Shown in pieces: positions 1 through 9,691 of a DNA stretch of 64,000 bases (positions are counted from its first letter, which is position 1; every line of letters starts with the position of its first letter). The stretch is taken from positions 448,001 to 512,000 of the forward strand of contig OY970303.1 of NCBI GenBank assembly GCA_963716255.1, read 5' to 3'. The translations under genes and the position numbers were made by a program. The notes under the pieces were generated by a model. The model had not been told where the DNA came from and searched no databases. It saw nothing but the letters and a program-made list of their open reading frames with translations. Origin of the DNA: an uncultured Gemmatimonadales bacterium (GTDB lineage Bacteria > Gemmatimonadota > Gemmatimonadetes > Longimicrobiales > Longimicrobiaceae).

Positions 1-119
1 GTCAACCCTCCGGCGCCATACTCGACGCGCACAGGGGCCACCGCCCGCCGCATCCCCTGCCCCGCTTCGTAGCGCGCGCACCCAACCTGAGCCGGCCCCG
101 GACGGCTGGAGCCCGACGC

Positions 120-162
120 AGCGAACCGCCCCGGACCTCGACGAGGTCCGGGGCGGTTCGCT
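120..162. terminator. Perfect inverted repeat downstream of the last cluster gene; probable terminator hairpin
   Basis: agcgaaccgccccggacctcg-a-cgaggtccggggcggttcgct has 21-bp arms and lies about 190 nt after the stop of the 356-2251 gene. There is no strong U-tract. Confidence 0.6.
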
Positions 163-193
163 TCACCTGCGGCCGCGTGGCTCGGATGAGCCT

Positions 194-328
194 CGCGTGA
201 GGGATTTCGGCCCGAAGGGGCGAGACCGCGCGGCTGTTTGCGCGGGCTCGACTCCGTTACGCAGCGTTGTTTGCTGCGTTACGGAGCCGAAGCCCGACCC
301 CGGCGCCAGCCGGGGGCACGCCCAAACC
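194..328 (-). repeat. Structured intergenic repeat, family A, copy 1 (about 135 bp)
   Basis: Its reverse complement matches 33934-34061 and 63803-63937 (GGGCGTGCCCCCGGCT...CTCCGTAA...ACGGAGTCGAGCCC...GGTCTCGCCCCTTCGGGCCGAAATCCCTCACGCG). Confidence 0.9.
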
Positions 329-355
329 GTCGGTCACCAGCAGTCGAAACCGTCC

Positions 356-2251
356 TCAGGCCACCGTCTTCGCCCAGTCCAGCCACTCCTGCTGCCGCTC
401 GCGCGACACCCCCCACCGGCTCCCATCCACCCCGAACCAGTACTGGCGGATCTCCTCCGGCGCACTCGCCCGGCGCATCACCTCGTCGGGCTCCATCCGG
501 AACAGCTCCATGATGGTGCGGATCATGGCGAGATCGCTCGCGGAGTGGCGAGGCGTGGCACCTTCCGGCCTGTGCGCCCGCGCGACGACGGCACGGCGCG
601 GCACGTACACCCACTCCTCGGTGAACACCGGCGTCTCGTCCACCTCGGGATAGGTGAGCACCGTCTTCACCACCTCCTCGAAGTGGTCCATGCGGTGCTT
701 GAAGCTCTGCTCCATCCCGTACATGCCCAGCAGGTAGTGAAGCGCCAGGTCCTTCGCCTTCACCTCCACGCCGTCGCAGGCGAAGAAGAAGGGATCCTGC
801 GTCTCGTGGAGCTCCAGGTCCTGGAATCCCGCCGAGAAGAGCATCACCGCCATCTGCACCGGCCCGATGTGCGGGATGTCGTGCCCCGTCTTGCTGTGCT
901 TGTCCACCACGTGGTGGAACCACTGCCCCGCCGGCCCCTCGTCGAAGAAGTCGTGCACCACGACCACCGCCCCCGGCTTCATCACCAGGCGCGCCTCGCG
1001 CGTGGCGTCGAACATGTCGGGGATGTGGTGCGTGCCGTAGGCGAAGAGCACCCCGTCCAGCGAGTCCGCCAGGAAGGTGCGCGACAGCTGCGTGGCGTCC
1101 TCGCGCGAGGGGAGCCCCCACAGCCCCGCCCGGTAGAACATGTGCGGGGAGATGTCGTTGGTCACGATCAGCGCCCCGCCCTGCTGGTCCCGCCCGGCCG
1201 CCACGAACGCCGCGGCGCGGTCCGCCAGCGGCTCGGCGCCCGGCACCTCGGCGAGCCACGCCGCCTCGCCCGCGCTCACCAGGCCCCGCAGCTCCGCGCC
1301 GGAGATGGAGATCTCCTCCGAGACCGCCGGCTCGCCGGCATGCGCGGCCAGCAGGCGCGCCGTGTAGCGGGTCTCGCCCTGCACCGCCCCGTCCGCGGCG
1401 GCATCCTCCGCCCGGCGCACCAGCAGCACCGCGACGTGCGGGTCCACGGCCGCGAGGCGCTCCAGCAGCCCGCGCGCGGCGGCGGGAAGCTCGGCTCCGT
1501 CCGCGGGGAAGAGGCCGGCGTCCTCCACGATCACCAGGCGCGTGTCGGCCACGCCCTTTTCCGCCTCCAGCAGGCGCCACACGTACCCGTCGCCCCCCAG
1601 CACGTCCAGGAAGATCCCCGGCTCGCCCTCGCGGGCGCCCAGGAGGTCCAGGAGCATGCGGGCGCCCATCCAGCGGCTGGCCTGGAAGCTCGCCATGCCG
1701 CGGGTGTATTCCGCGCCGCGCCCGCGCAGGTCGAAGTCGCCGCCCATGATGTCGCGCCAGATGGGCGCGTACTCGTTCTCCTGGCGGATCACCCCGGCCG
1801 CCGCGGACCAGCGCGGGTGCGCGGCCATGCGCGCCTTCCACTCCGCCTCCAGGTCGCGGAGCCCCTTGTCCTCCAGCATCTCCAGCTCGTCCGCGCTCCA
1901 CAGCGGCGAGAAGGAGACGCGGGCGCGCTCCCGCAGCGCCTCGAAGGCAGCGGGCGGGAGGTGGTCGCGCAGGAGGCGCCACACGCCCGCCTCGGACGCC
2001 CCGCCCACGATGACGCGGTTCAGTGCCTCCGAGTGGCCGTGCAGGTAGGCGCGCTCCTCGCGCTCCACGCCGGGAAGGGCGGTGATGGGCAGCCCCAGGC
2101 CGTCGCGGATCCGCCTGGCCTCGCGCGAGAGCGGCAGGGGAGCGGCGGCGCCCGGCGCGCCGTGGCGCGCCCCGGCACCTTCCGCGGGCGCCGCGGGAGA
2201 GGCCTGCGCCCTCCCGGCCGCCAGCCCGCTCGCCCTCTGGTCGATCGCCAT
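356..2251 (-). CDS. Class I SAM-dependent methyltransferase-like protein with an unknown N-terminal region and a large internal insertion
   Basis: ATG at 2251 follows an AAGGAGG RBS. The motifs FLDVLGGDG, TNDISPHM, EDATQL, SLDGVLFAYGTHH and MKPGAVVVVHD follow the class I MTase order. Confidence 0.6.
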   Translation of the reverse strand: MAIDQRASGLAAGRAQASPAAPAEGAGARHGAPGAAAPLPLSREARRIRDGLGLPITALPGVEREERAYLHGHSEALNRVIVGGASEAGVWRLLRDHLPPAAFEALRERARVSFSPLWSADELEMLEDKGLRDLEAEWKARMAAHPRWSAAAGVIRQENEYAPIWRDIMGGDFDLRGRGAEYTRGMASFQASRWMGARMLLDLLGAREGEPGIFLDVLGGDGYVWRLLEAEKGVADTRLVIVEDAGLFPADGAELPAAARGLLERLAAVDPHVAVLLVRRAEDAAADGAVQGETRYTARLLAAHAGEPAVSEEISISGAELRGLVSAGEAAWLAEVPGAEPLADRAAAFVAAGRDQQGGALIVTNDISPHMFYRAGLWGLPSREDATQLSRTFLADSLDGVLFAYGTHHIPDMFDATREARLVMKPGAVVVVHDFFDEGPAGQWFHHVVDKHSKTGHDIPHIGPVQMAVMLFSAGFQDLELHETQDPFFFACDGVEVKAKDLALHYLLGMYGMEQSFKHRMDHFEEVVKTVLTYPEVDETPVFTEEWVYVPRRAVVARAHRPEGATPRHSASDLAMIRTIMELFRMEPDEVMRRASAPEEIRQYWFGVDGSRWGVSRERQQEWLDWAKTVA

Positions 2252-2309
2252 ACGTCTTCCTCCTTGATCACGGTCGGATGCCGCCGCAGGCGGCACGATA
2301 CGGGGACGG

Positions 2310-4010
2310 CTATGCTTCCTGCGCCTGCGCCGAGGCGAGGGGCAGGGGCACGCCGACCGGGCGGTACTGGAAGGACTCGGGGCTGCCGTCGTACTCGATC
2401 TGCCCGGAGTCCAGCTTGATGATGCGGTCCGCGACGCCGTAGTAGTGGTCGTCGTGGCTGATGACCACGCACGTCTTGCCGCGGGCCTTGAGCTCGGGGA
2501 GGAGCTGGAGGTAGAAGACCTCCTTGAAGAGCGGGTCCTGGTCCGCCGCCCACTCGTCGAACAGGTAGATGGGGCGGTCCTCCAGGTACGCGACCAGGAG
2601 CGCGAGGCGCTTGCGCTGGCCCTGCGAAAGAGCGGTGGTGGACAGCTTGCCGCCCTCCACCCGGACCTTGTGCGCCAGGTGGAGCTCCGACAGGAAGCGC
2701 GTCGCCAGCGCGTCCATCTCCGGCGACTCCATGCCCAGCAGCGAGTCGAACAGGTAGAAGTCCGAGAACACCACCGCGAACTGGTGCAGGTAGTCCGCGC
2801 GGTTGGCGTCGGTGACCGGGCGCCCGTCGAAGCGCAGCTCCCCCGACTCGGGGACGTAGAGCCCCAGGATCAGCTTGGCGAGCGTGGTCTTGCCGCTGCC
2901 GTTGCCGCCCACCATGAACACCGTCTCCCCCCGGGAGATCGTCATGTCGATGGGGCCCAGCGTGAACGGCTCCTCCTCGCCGTCGCGGTGGTAGGCGTGC
3001 GTGACGCCGGCCATCTCCAGGCTGCTCCACTCCGCGCGCTGCTCCGGCACCGGGGCGCCGGGGAGGCGCGGCACGGGCCCGCGGGCGTCGTCCAGCGACA
3101 GCCCCAGGTCGTCGATCTTGCGCAGGGAGACCTGCGCGCGCGACATCTCGGGGATGACGCCCAGCATGACCTCCAGCGGAGTCATCATGTACAGCAGGAC
3201 CAGCGCGTACCCGGTCATCGTCTCCAGCCCCACCACCTCGAAGGAGGGGACCAGGAAGATGATGGAGCCGATCATCATGAAGATCACCAGCTGCCCCCAC
3301 CCGGCCGCGGCGCTGTAGATGGTGGACGCCGTCACCGTGAGGCGCTTGAGCACCACGCCCGTGGCGTCCAGGCCGTAGATCAGCCCGTCCTGACGCGGGA
3401 AGTGCAGCTTCAGTTCCTTGTACCCGTTGGTGATCGCCCGGAAGTGGGCGAACAGCGTGTCGGACTCCTCGCGCGCCTTACGCTGGTACGACTGGGCCCG
3501 CAACATGGGGATCTGGTAGGTGACCACCCCCACCAACATGAAGCACAGCACGATGATCAGCACCTTCCAGGAGAGCCACCCCAGGTAGAGGAGCGACCCC
3601 GTCACCATCGCTCCGTGCACGAACAGCTGCGGGAGCGAGGTCATGGTCATGACGATGACGTTCACGTCCTGGGTGAGCGCCGCCAGCAGCCGGTGCGACC
3701 CGATCTCCTCCAGCCTCTGGAGCGGCGCGGCCAGGATGCGCCGGCTGAGCTGCGTGCGCAGCTCCAGGATCGTGTTCTGCCCCAGGGTGGTGATGATGAA
3801 CGTGGAGAAGCCGCGCGCGAACGGGAGGATGAGGCAGAGTGCCAGGAACTGAAGCACCAGGGTCCGGTGCGTCCAGGGCTGCGCGGTGTGGATGGCCCGG
3901 TTCATCAGGGCGAGGAGCCCCGCGTTGCTCGCTCCGCTCACCACGCCCGCAGCGATGGACAGCACCACCAGGAGGGGCGATCTGCGGAGGAGCACGAAGA
4001 GAAGCTTCAT
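2310..4010 (-). CDS. Cyclic peptide export ABC transporter (SyrD/PvdE-like, fused TMD and ATPase)
   Basis: Hydrophobic N-terminal half, Walker A GGNGSGKT, signature LSQGQRKR, and YLFDEWAADQDP, which is typical of this family. Confidence 0.93.
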   Translation of the reverse strand: MKLLFVLLRRSPLLVVLSIAAGVVSGASNAGLLALMNRAIHTAQPWTHRTLVLQFLALCLILPFARGFSTFIITTLGQNTILELRTQLSRRILAAPLQRLEEIGSHRLLAALTQDVNVIVMTMTSLPQLFVHGAMVTGSLLYLGWLSWKVLIIVLCFMLVGVVTYQIPMLRAQSYQRKAREESDTLFAHFRAITNGYKELKLHFPRQDGLIYGLDATGVVLKRLTVTASTIYSAAAGWGQLVIFMMIGSIIFLVPSFEVVGLETMTGYALVLLYMMTPLEVMLGVIPEMSRAQVSLRKIDDLGLSLDDARGPVPRLPGAPVPEQRAEWSSLEMAGVTHAYHRDGEEEPFTLGPIDMTISRGETVFMVGGNGSGKTTLAKLILGLYVPESGELRFDGRPVTDANRADYLHQFAVVFSDFYLFDSLLGMESPEMDALATRFLSELHLAHKVRVEGGKLSTTALSQGQRKRLALLVAYLEDRPIYLFDEWAADQDPLFKEVFYLQLLPELKARGKTCVVISHDDHYYGVADRIIKLDSGQIEYDGSPESFQYRPVGVPLPLASAQAQEA

Positions 4011-4077
4011 GGCGTTCGGTCTGGGTGCGGTGGGGAAGCAAGGCTGGTGGAGGGGACCGTCCCCCCCGCCCCGTCCG

Positions 4078-5112
4078 TCAGTGGATCACGCGCGAGTCCG
4101 GCGACAGCCTGCCGTCGCGCGACTTGCGCAGGTCGCGGGTGACGTTCACCCGCTTCAGCCACCGGTCCGTGCCGTCGTAGTGGGCCTTGAACGGCTTGCG
4201 GCCGTGCACGGCCTTGAAGTTGTCCACGAAGATGAAGTCGCCCGGGGACAGGGCATGGTCCTCGATCACCTCGTCCACCTGGCGGATCAGCTCGTCCAGG
4301 GCGGCCTGGGCCTCGTCGTTGTCGCGGACCGGGTCCATGAAGTACGGGTCCAGCCGGATGTAGGGCGACTCGGTGCCGCCCGAGAACACCGGGATCTTCT
4401 CCGGGGTGTCCCACATCTCGTCGATCTTGGCGTAGGCGCGCTGGAGGAGCGCCTCCTCCTCGGGCGAGCGGCCGTTCTTCTGGCCCCGGTTCTTGGCCAG
4501 GTGCGACTCGTCGGGACGGATGGTGAAGTGCGGCTCGCTCAGGAGGCGCGCATGGTCCGGGGTGAGGTTCACCCGCTCCAGCGAGGCGAAGGTGGTGGGG
4601 ACGCCGTCCGGGTTGCGGAGGCACATCAGCCCCAGGTAGTCGCCGCGGTACGGGTGGAAGGCGTCCTCCGTGTGCCAGGTGAGCGTTTCCTCGCTCCCGC
4701 TCCCCAGCTGCTCGTGCTCGTGCCCCTGGATGGGGAAGATGTCGTGGACGATGCGCCCGTCCTGCTGGGTGGACCAGCCGATGACGTCGCCCAGCAGCGA
4801 GGCGAAGAGGACCAGGAGGATCTCCTCCTCCAGCGTGTCGTTGGAGGGGTCCTTGTCGCGCCAGTGCCGCGGCGTGCGGCCGATCCTGCCCTGGTCCACC
4901 GGGTAGCCGGAGACGGTCAGGAGCGCGTCCTTGGGCTCGGTGAGCCGGAACTCGCGGAAGGCGGCGCGTACGCGCCGCGGCAGCTCGTGCGCGTAGACGT
5001 CCGCTTCCTTCAGGAACTGTGGATCTTCCGGCGTCTGGTAGCGCGAAGCGAGCTCCCGGAGCACACTCCGGATCGAAGCGACCTCGTCGCCGGTCAGCAC
5101 GACCCTGGGCAT
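4078..5112 (-). CDS. vioC: Fe(II)/2-oxoglutarate arginine beta-hydroxylase, VioC-like (clavaminate synthase-like family)
   Basis: LTWHTEDAFHP (HxE), DYLGLMCLRN and VHGRKPF...YDGTDRWLKR. It is adjacent to a VioD-like gene and has a GAGG RBS before ATG 5112. Confidence 0.85.
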   Translation of the reverse strand: MPRVVLTGDEVASIRSVLRELASRYQTPEDPQFLKEADVYAHELPRRVRAAFREFRLTEPKDALLTVSGYPVDQGRIGRTPRHWRDKDPSNDTLEEEILLVLFASLLGDVIGWSTQQDGRIVHDIFPIQGHEHEQLGSGSEETLTWHTEDAFHPYRGDYLGLMCLRNPDGVPTTFASLERVNLTPDHARLLSEPHFTIRPDESHLAKNRGQKNGRSPEEEALLQRAYAKIDEMWDTPEKIPVFSGGTESPYIRLDPYFMDPVRDNDEAQAALDELIRQVDEVIEDHALSPGDFIFVDNFKAVHGRKPFKAHYDGTDRWLKRVNVTRDLRKSRDGRLSPDSRVIH

Positions 5113-5187
5113 GGACAACCTCTCTTTGAGTCTGGATGTTGTGCGGCCGGGCGGGTCGAATCGGCCCGGTCCGGCCGCGTACGCGAA

Positions 5188-6315
5188 CTAGACGAGCGCG
5201 GGCGCCGCGGCGGAGCGCAGCTGGAGCGAGAGCCGGGCAAGGCCCTCCTCCAGCACCTCCGTCGACCTCCCGAATCCCAGCCGGACGTGCTGCGCGTGGC
5301 CGAAGCAGTTGCCCGGCACCAGGAGCACCCGCTGCTCGCGGGCCAGCTGGTGGCAGAACGCCTCCACGTCCGGCACGGAGTCCAGTCGCGGAAAGGCGGT
5401 GACCCCGCCGCGCGGCGGGACCCAGGTGACCAGGTCGTCGTGCTCCGCCACCCAGGCGGCCAGCACGTCGCGGTTGTGGCGGGCCAGCCCCACTCGCTCC
5501 GCCAGCAGGCGGTCCGCGTGCACGACGGCGCGCTCGGCGATCATCTCCACCAGCGGCGACAGGTGCAGCGTTACGTAGTCGCGCACCCGGATCATCTCCT
5601 CCAGGATCTCCGGAGCGGCGAAGCACCACCCCACCCGCAGCCCAGGGAGCCCGTACGCCTTGGAAAAGGTGCCCGTGGAGATGGCGCGCTCGTACTTCAG
5701 CACCGGCTCCGGGAGCGGAGGAGTGTCGTAGGTCAGCTCCAGGAAGGCGTTGTCCCAAACGAGGTAGGCGCCCGCGCGGTCGCAGGCGGCGATCAGCGCG
5801 TCCTGCCCTTCGGGGGTGAGGGTGGCGCCGGTGGGGTTGTGGGGGAAGTTGACCACCACCATGCGCGTGCGCGGCCCGATCAGGCGCACCCCCTCCTCCA
5901 CGTCGGGGACGAAGCCGTTCTCCCAGCGCAGCGGCCAGTGCTTGAGCGCGCACCCCAGCGCTTCCGCGACGGCGTACAGCTGGGGGTAGCACGGGTCCAG
6001 CACCACCACCTCGTCGCCGGGGCGGAGGAGCGCGTGGTCCATGAGGAAGTTGGCCTCGCTGGAGCCGTGCGTCGCCATGGCGCGCGACGTGTCGCCGCCC
6101 AGCCAGCGGTCGGCGAGGGCACGGCGCAGCCCGTCGCCGCCCAGCGACATGCTGTCCTGGAAGACGACGCGGTCGAAGTCGGCCTCGGTGATCCCCACCA
6201 GCCGGCGCAGGTCGACCATGGAAAAGTCGTCGACCCCGCTGCTGCCGATGTCGACGTCCGTGTCGAAGTAGTAGTAGCGCATCCAGTTTTCCAGGAGCGC
6301 CGGAGGTAGCTGCAT
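5188..6315 (-). CDS. vioD: PLP-dependent capreomycidine synthase, VioD-like
   Basis: N-terminus LLENWMRYYYF..DIGSSGV, NFPHNPTG and the PLP lysine motif SKAYGLPGLRVGW. It is paired with the VioC-like gene. Confidence 0.82.
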   Translation of the reverse strand: MQLPPALLENWMRYYYFDTDVDIGSSGVDDFSMVDLRRLVGITEADFDRVVFQDSMSLGGDGLRRALADRWLGGDTSRAMATHGSSEANFLMDHALLRPGDEVVVLDPCYPQLYAVAEALGCALKHWPLRWENGFVPDVEEGVRLIGPRTRMVVVNFPHNPTGATLTPEGQDALIAACDRAGAYLVWDNAFLELTYDTPPLPEPVLKYERAISTGTFSKAYGLPGLRVGWCFAAPEILEEMIRVRDYVTLHLSPLVEMIAERAVVHADRLLAERVGLARHNRDVLAAWVAEHDDLVTWVPPRGGVTAFPRLDSVPDVEAFCHQLAREQRVLLVPGNCFGHAQHVRLGFGRSTEVLEEGLARLSLQLRSAAAPALV

Positions 6316-6341
6316 GGCTCGTCCCGGTTGTGTCGCGCGGC

Positions 6342-7139
6342 TCAGCGGAGCGCCAGGCGAAGCAGGTCCTCGGATACCGCGTGCACCAGCTGCTGGCGCG
6401 CGCCGTTCAAAAAGAAGTGGCCGCCCGGGAACATGCGCAGCTTGAAGAACCCCCGGGTGTGCTCCTTCCACGCCATGAGGTCGTCGCGGCTCACGTCCGG
6501 GTCCTCCAGCCCGCCGAACGCGGAGATGGGGATGTCCAGCGGCACGCCCTCGCGCAGGGCGTAGGTCTCGCACAGCTCGAAGTCGGCCCGGAGAATGGGG
6601 GCGAAGAGCTCCATCAGCTCCGGGTGCTCCAGGATCTCGTCGGGCGTGCCGTTCAGGTTGCGGAGCTCCACCTGGAACTCCTCCTCCGGCAGCCCGTGGA
6701 GCTTGCGCTTGTCGCTGGGGCGCTGCGGGGCGCGCCGTCCGGACACCAGCAGGTGCTCGGGGAGCTGCTTCCCCACGGCGCGCAGGCGCCGGGTGAGCTC
6801 GAAGGCCAGCATCGCCCCCATGCTGTGCCCGAACAGGGCAAAGGGCACGTCCATGTACGGCGACAGCTCCTCGGCCAGCTGCTCCACCAGCGCCTCGGAG
6901 CGGGTGAGCGCGGGCTCGGTGAAGCGGTTGCCCCGCCCCGGGAGGTGAACCGGGACGACGTGGATCTCGGGAGGCGCCACGGCTCCCCACCCCCGGAAGA
7001 CGGAGGCGCCGCCCCCCGCGTACGGGAAGCAGAAGAGGCGGAGGCGCGCCCGGGGCCCGGGCTTTTCCCATTCGACGACGGAGCTCTTCCTGGCTGCGTT
7101 GCTCACTGCCTGCCATGGTTGGAGCCGGGGAAAGCGCAT
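6342..7139 (-). CDS. Stand-alone type II thioesterase
   Basis: LFCFPYAGGGAS, GHSMG nucleophile, LRADF and GGHFF. The start may instead be GTG 7106. Confidence 0.92.
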   Translation of the reverse strand: MRFPRLQPWQAVSNAARKSSVVEWEKPGPRARLRLFCFPYAGGGASVFRGWGAVAPPEIHVVPVHLPGRGNRFTEPALTRSEALVEQLAEELSPYMDVPFALFGHSMGAMLAFELTRRLRAVGKQLPEHLLVSGRRAPQRPSDKRKLHGLPEEEFQVELRNLNGTPDEILEHPELMELFAPILRADFELCETYALREGVPLDIPISAFGGLEDPDVSRDDLMAWKEHTRGFFKLRMFPGGHFFLNGARQQLVHAVSEDLLRLALR

Positions 7140-7358
7140 CCGCTCGTCCCCCGGCTGCTTGTGAACGCCCGCCCCGGCGCGCCGGAGAGGTGCCCCAAGA
7201 GGGCCTGTACACGCCTGAAGCTACCCGCGAACACGTGGTTTAGCAACCCTCCTGTCGCAAAATAACTGGCGCTTTGGACCCTCATCCGGGCGGGATCCGG
7301 CGCGTCGCCTGGACCGCCGGGAAGTGCACCCCGGCGGCCATGCGCCGCGCCTCGCGGC

Positions 7359-8474
7359 TCAGTCGAACGGGACGCCGGACGCCGCGGACAGGCGGCGGAG
7401 CTGCTCCACCACCGGGAGGATCACCGGGACCCCGTCCACGCGCCGCTTCTCCTCGGCGCGGCGGTTGGGATCGCCCGGGATCATGGGGCCGGAGGTACCC
7501 GCGGCGGGGCGGGTGCCGCGGATGGTGCGCACCCAGTCGTCCACCTGGCTCCTGAACTCGGCCGGGTCGATGAAGCCGTCGATGCGGAGCGCCATGAAGA
7601 AGTGCCCCACCCCCCTGCCCACGTAGCGCGGCGGGGCCGGCAGGTTGGCCGGGAAGGGCGGCGGGTACGGCCCCCAGTTGGCGCCGCTCAGCACCGCCGA
7701 AAGCATGTCCACCATGGCGGCCATGCAGTACCCCTTGTGGCCGCCGTGCTGGAAGTCGCCGCCCAGAGGGAGAAGGGCGCCCCCGGCCAGCATCTCGCCC
7801 GGGTCGGTGGTCATGCGCCCGTCGCGGTCCACGGCGCACCCCTCGGGGATACGCTCGCCCTTGCGCGCGGCGTGCTCCACCTTGCCGAAGGCGATTGCGC
7901 TGGTGGTCACGTCGATGACCACGTCCGGCTCCTCGCCCCCGGGGAAGGCGATGGCCATGGGGTTGGTGCCCAGCATCTTCTCGGCGCCGTAGAGCGGGGC
8001 CACCTGCGGGGGCGAGTTGGTCATCGCCCACACGATCATGTCGCGCGGGAGACCCTGGAGCGCGTAGTACTCGCCGATGCCGAAGTGGTTGCTGTTGCGG
8101 ACCGCGACCGAGCCGGAGCCCGCCGCGTCCGCCTTGTCCATGGCGATGCGGTTGGCGCGCGGTCCCACCACCAGCCCCAGCCCGTTGTCCCCGTCCACCG
8201 TGGCGGTGGCGAGGGTCTCGCGCACCACGCTGAGCTGCGGCCGGGGGTTGATCCACCCGCGCTCGAACATCTCCACGTACTGCGCCAGCCGCGCGACGCC
8301 GTGGGTGTCGATCCCCCGCAGGTCGGCGGTGGCGAGCACGTCGGCGGCCAGGCGCGCGTCCTCCTCCGGCACCTCGCGCCACCGGAGGATGCGGGTGGAG
8401 AACTCGCGCAGCCGCTCGATTGGAAAGACCTCCACCGCCGCCGGGGCGGGAGCCCCCGCGCCGCCCGCGCTCAC
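7359..8474 (-). CDS. Ldh_2 family (type 2 malate/L-lactate dehydrogenase-like) NAD(P)-dependent oxidoreductase
   Basis: ADLRGIDTHG, DGDNGLG, RNSNHFG, GTNPMAIA and GGHKGY. The GTG start overlaps the upstream TGA (GTGA at 8471-8474). Confidence 0.85.
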   Translation of the reverse strand: MSAGGAGAPAPAAVEVFPIERLREFSTRILRWREVPEEDARLAADVLATADLRGIDTHGVARLAQYVEMFERGWINPRPQLSVVRETLATATVDGDNGLGLVVGPRANRIAMDKADAAGSGSVAVRNSNHFGIGEYYALQGLPRDMIVWAMTNSPPQVAPLYGAEKMLGTNPMAIAFPGGEEPDVVIDVTTSAIAFGKVEHAARKGERIPEGCAVDRDGRMTTDPGEMLAGGALLPLGGDFQHGGHKGYCMAAMVDMLSAVLSGANWGPYPPPFPANLPAPPRYVGRGVGHFFMALRIDGFIDPAEFRSQVDDWVRTIRGTRPAAGTSGPMIPGDPNRRAEEKRRVDGVPVILPVVEQLRRLSAASGVPFD

Positions 8475-9680
8475 CGTCCCCTCTTCAGCACCCGGCCGAG
8501 CCGAGCCACGCCCTCGTGGATGCGCTCGGGGCCGCAGTGGGAGAAGTTGAGGCGCACGCAGTTGGAGGCGTAGCCGTCGCCGCCCACCGCGAAGGCGCTC
8601 CCGGGGAAGAAGGCGACGCCCTCGGTGTCCAGCGCGGTGGCGAGGAGCGCCGTGGCGTCGGTCCCCTCGGCGAGCTCCACCCAGGTGAAGACGCCGGCCG
8701 TGGGAGAGCGCCAGCGCGCCTCGCCGCCCAGGTGCTCGCGGAGCGCCGCGTCCATGGCGTCGCGCCGTGCGCCGTACTCGCGCCGCAGCGTTTCCAGGTG
8801 GCCGGGGAGGAGCCCGTCGTCGATGTACGCGGAGATGATCCGCTGGGTGAAGGTGGAGGTGTTGATGTCGGTCGCCTCCTTGATGATCCCCAGCGGACGG
8901 ATCAGCTCCTCCGGCACCACCAGCCACCCGCAGCGGAGCGCGGGGGCGAAGATCTTGGAGAAGGTCCCCATGTACAGCACCCAGCGCTCGTCCAGCGCGC
9001 GCAGGGGGAAGAGGATTGTCGACGTACTGGAAGTAGCCGTACGCGTCGTCCTCCAGGATGGGCACTCGGTGCTCGCGGGCCAGCTCCACCAGGCGCCGCC
9101 GCTTTTCGGCGCTGACGCTCACCCCCAGCGGGTTGTTGCCGTCGGTGACGACGTAGATCAGCGCGGGGCGCTCCCCGGCCGCGAGCAGAGCCTCCACGGC
9201 GTCCACGTCGATCCCGGTGTCCAGGTCGGTGGGGACGGTGAGGATCTCGGGCTGGAAGGGCTCCACCGCCTGCTGGAAGCCGGTGTAGCAGAGCCGCTCC
9301 GTGAGCAGGGTGCCGCCGGGGTTCAGCAGCAGCCGCGTGAGCAGGCTCATGCACTGCTGGCCGCCGGCGGTGAGGAACACCTGCTCCTCGCGGCACTCCA
9401 CGCCGCGCCGGGCCATCAGCTCCACCACCTGCCGCCGGAGCGGCGCGAACGGCGGGGAGTACTGGAGCGCGAGCGGGTCCTGCGCCAGCACCCGCTCCGC
9501 GGCGGTCGACAGGCCGGCGGCGGGGAACAGGTCCGGCGCCGGGAAGCCCAGCGCGAGGGAGAGGATTCCGGGCTGGGAGCTCCGGACCAGCATGGTCTGC
9601 AGCGCCGAGGGGCGGACTTCCTGCGCCCAGCGGGCGAGCGTCAGCTCCTCGGTGGCCTGCATCGTGGGGATGGCGGACAC
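8471..9680 (-). CDS. PLP-dependent class I/II aminotransferase (MocR/ARO8-like), frameshifted near 9004-9008 as sequenced
   Basis: The N-half (SLALGFPAP, NNPLG, ILEDDAY) is in one frame and the C-half (YMGTFSKIFAPALRCGW, RLNFS) is in another. The break is at a C5 run. Confidence 0.8.
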
Positions 9681-9691
9681 GGTCTCCCCGC

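Noticed and set aside
7230..7280. AT-rich patch upstream of the TEII as a sigma54 or sigma70 promoter
   Set aside because: The spacing fits neither consensus.
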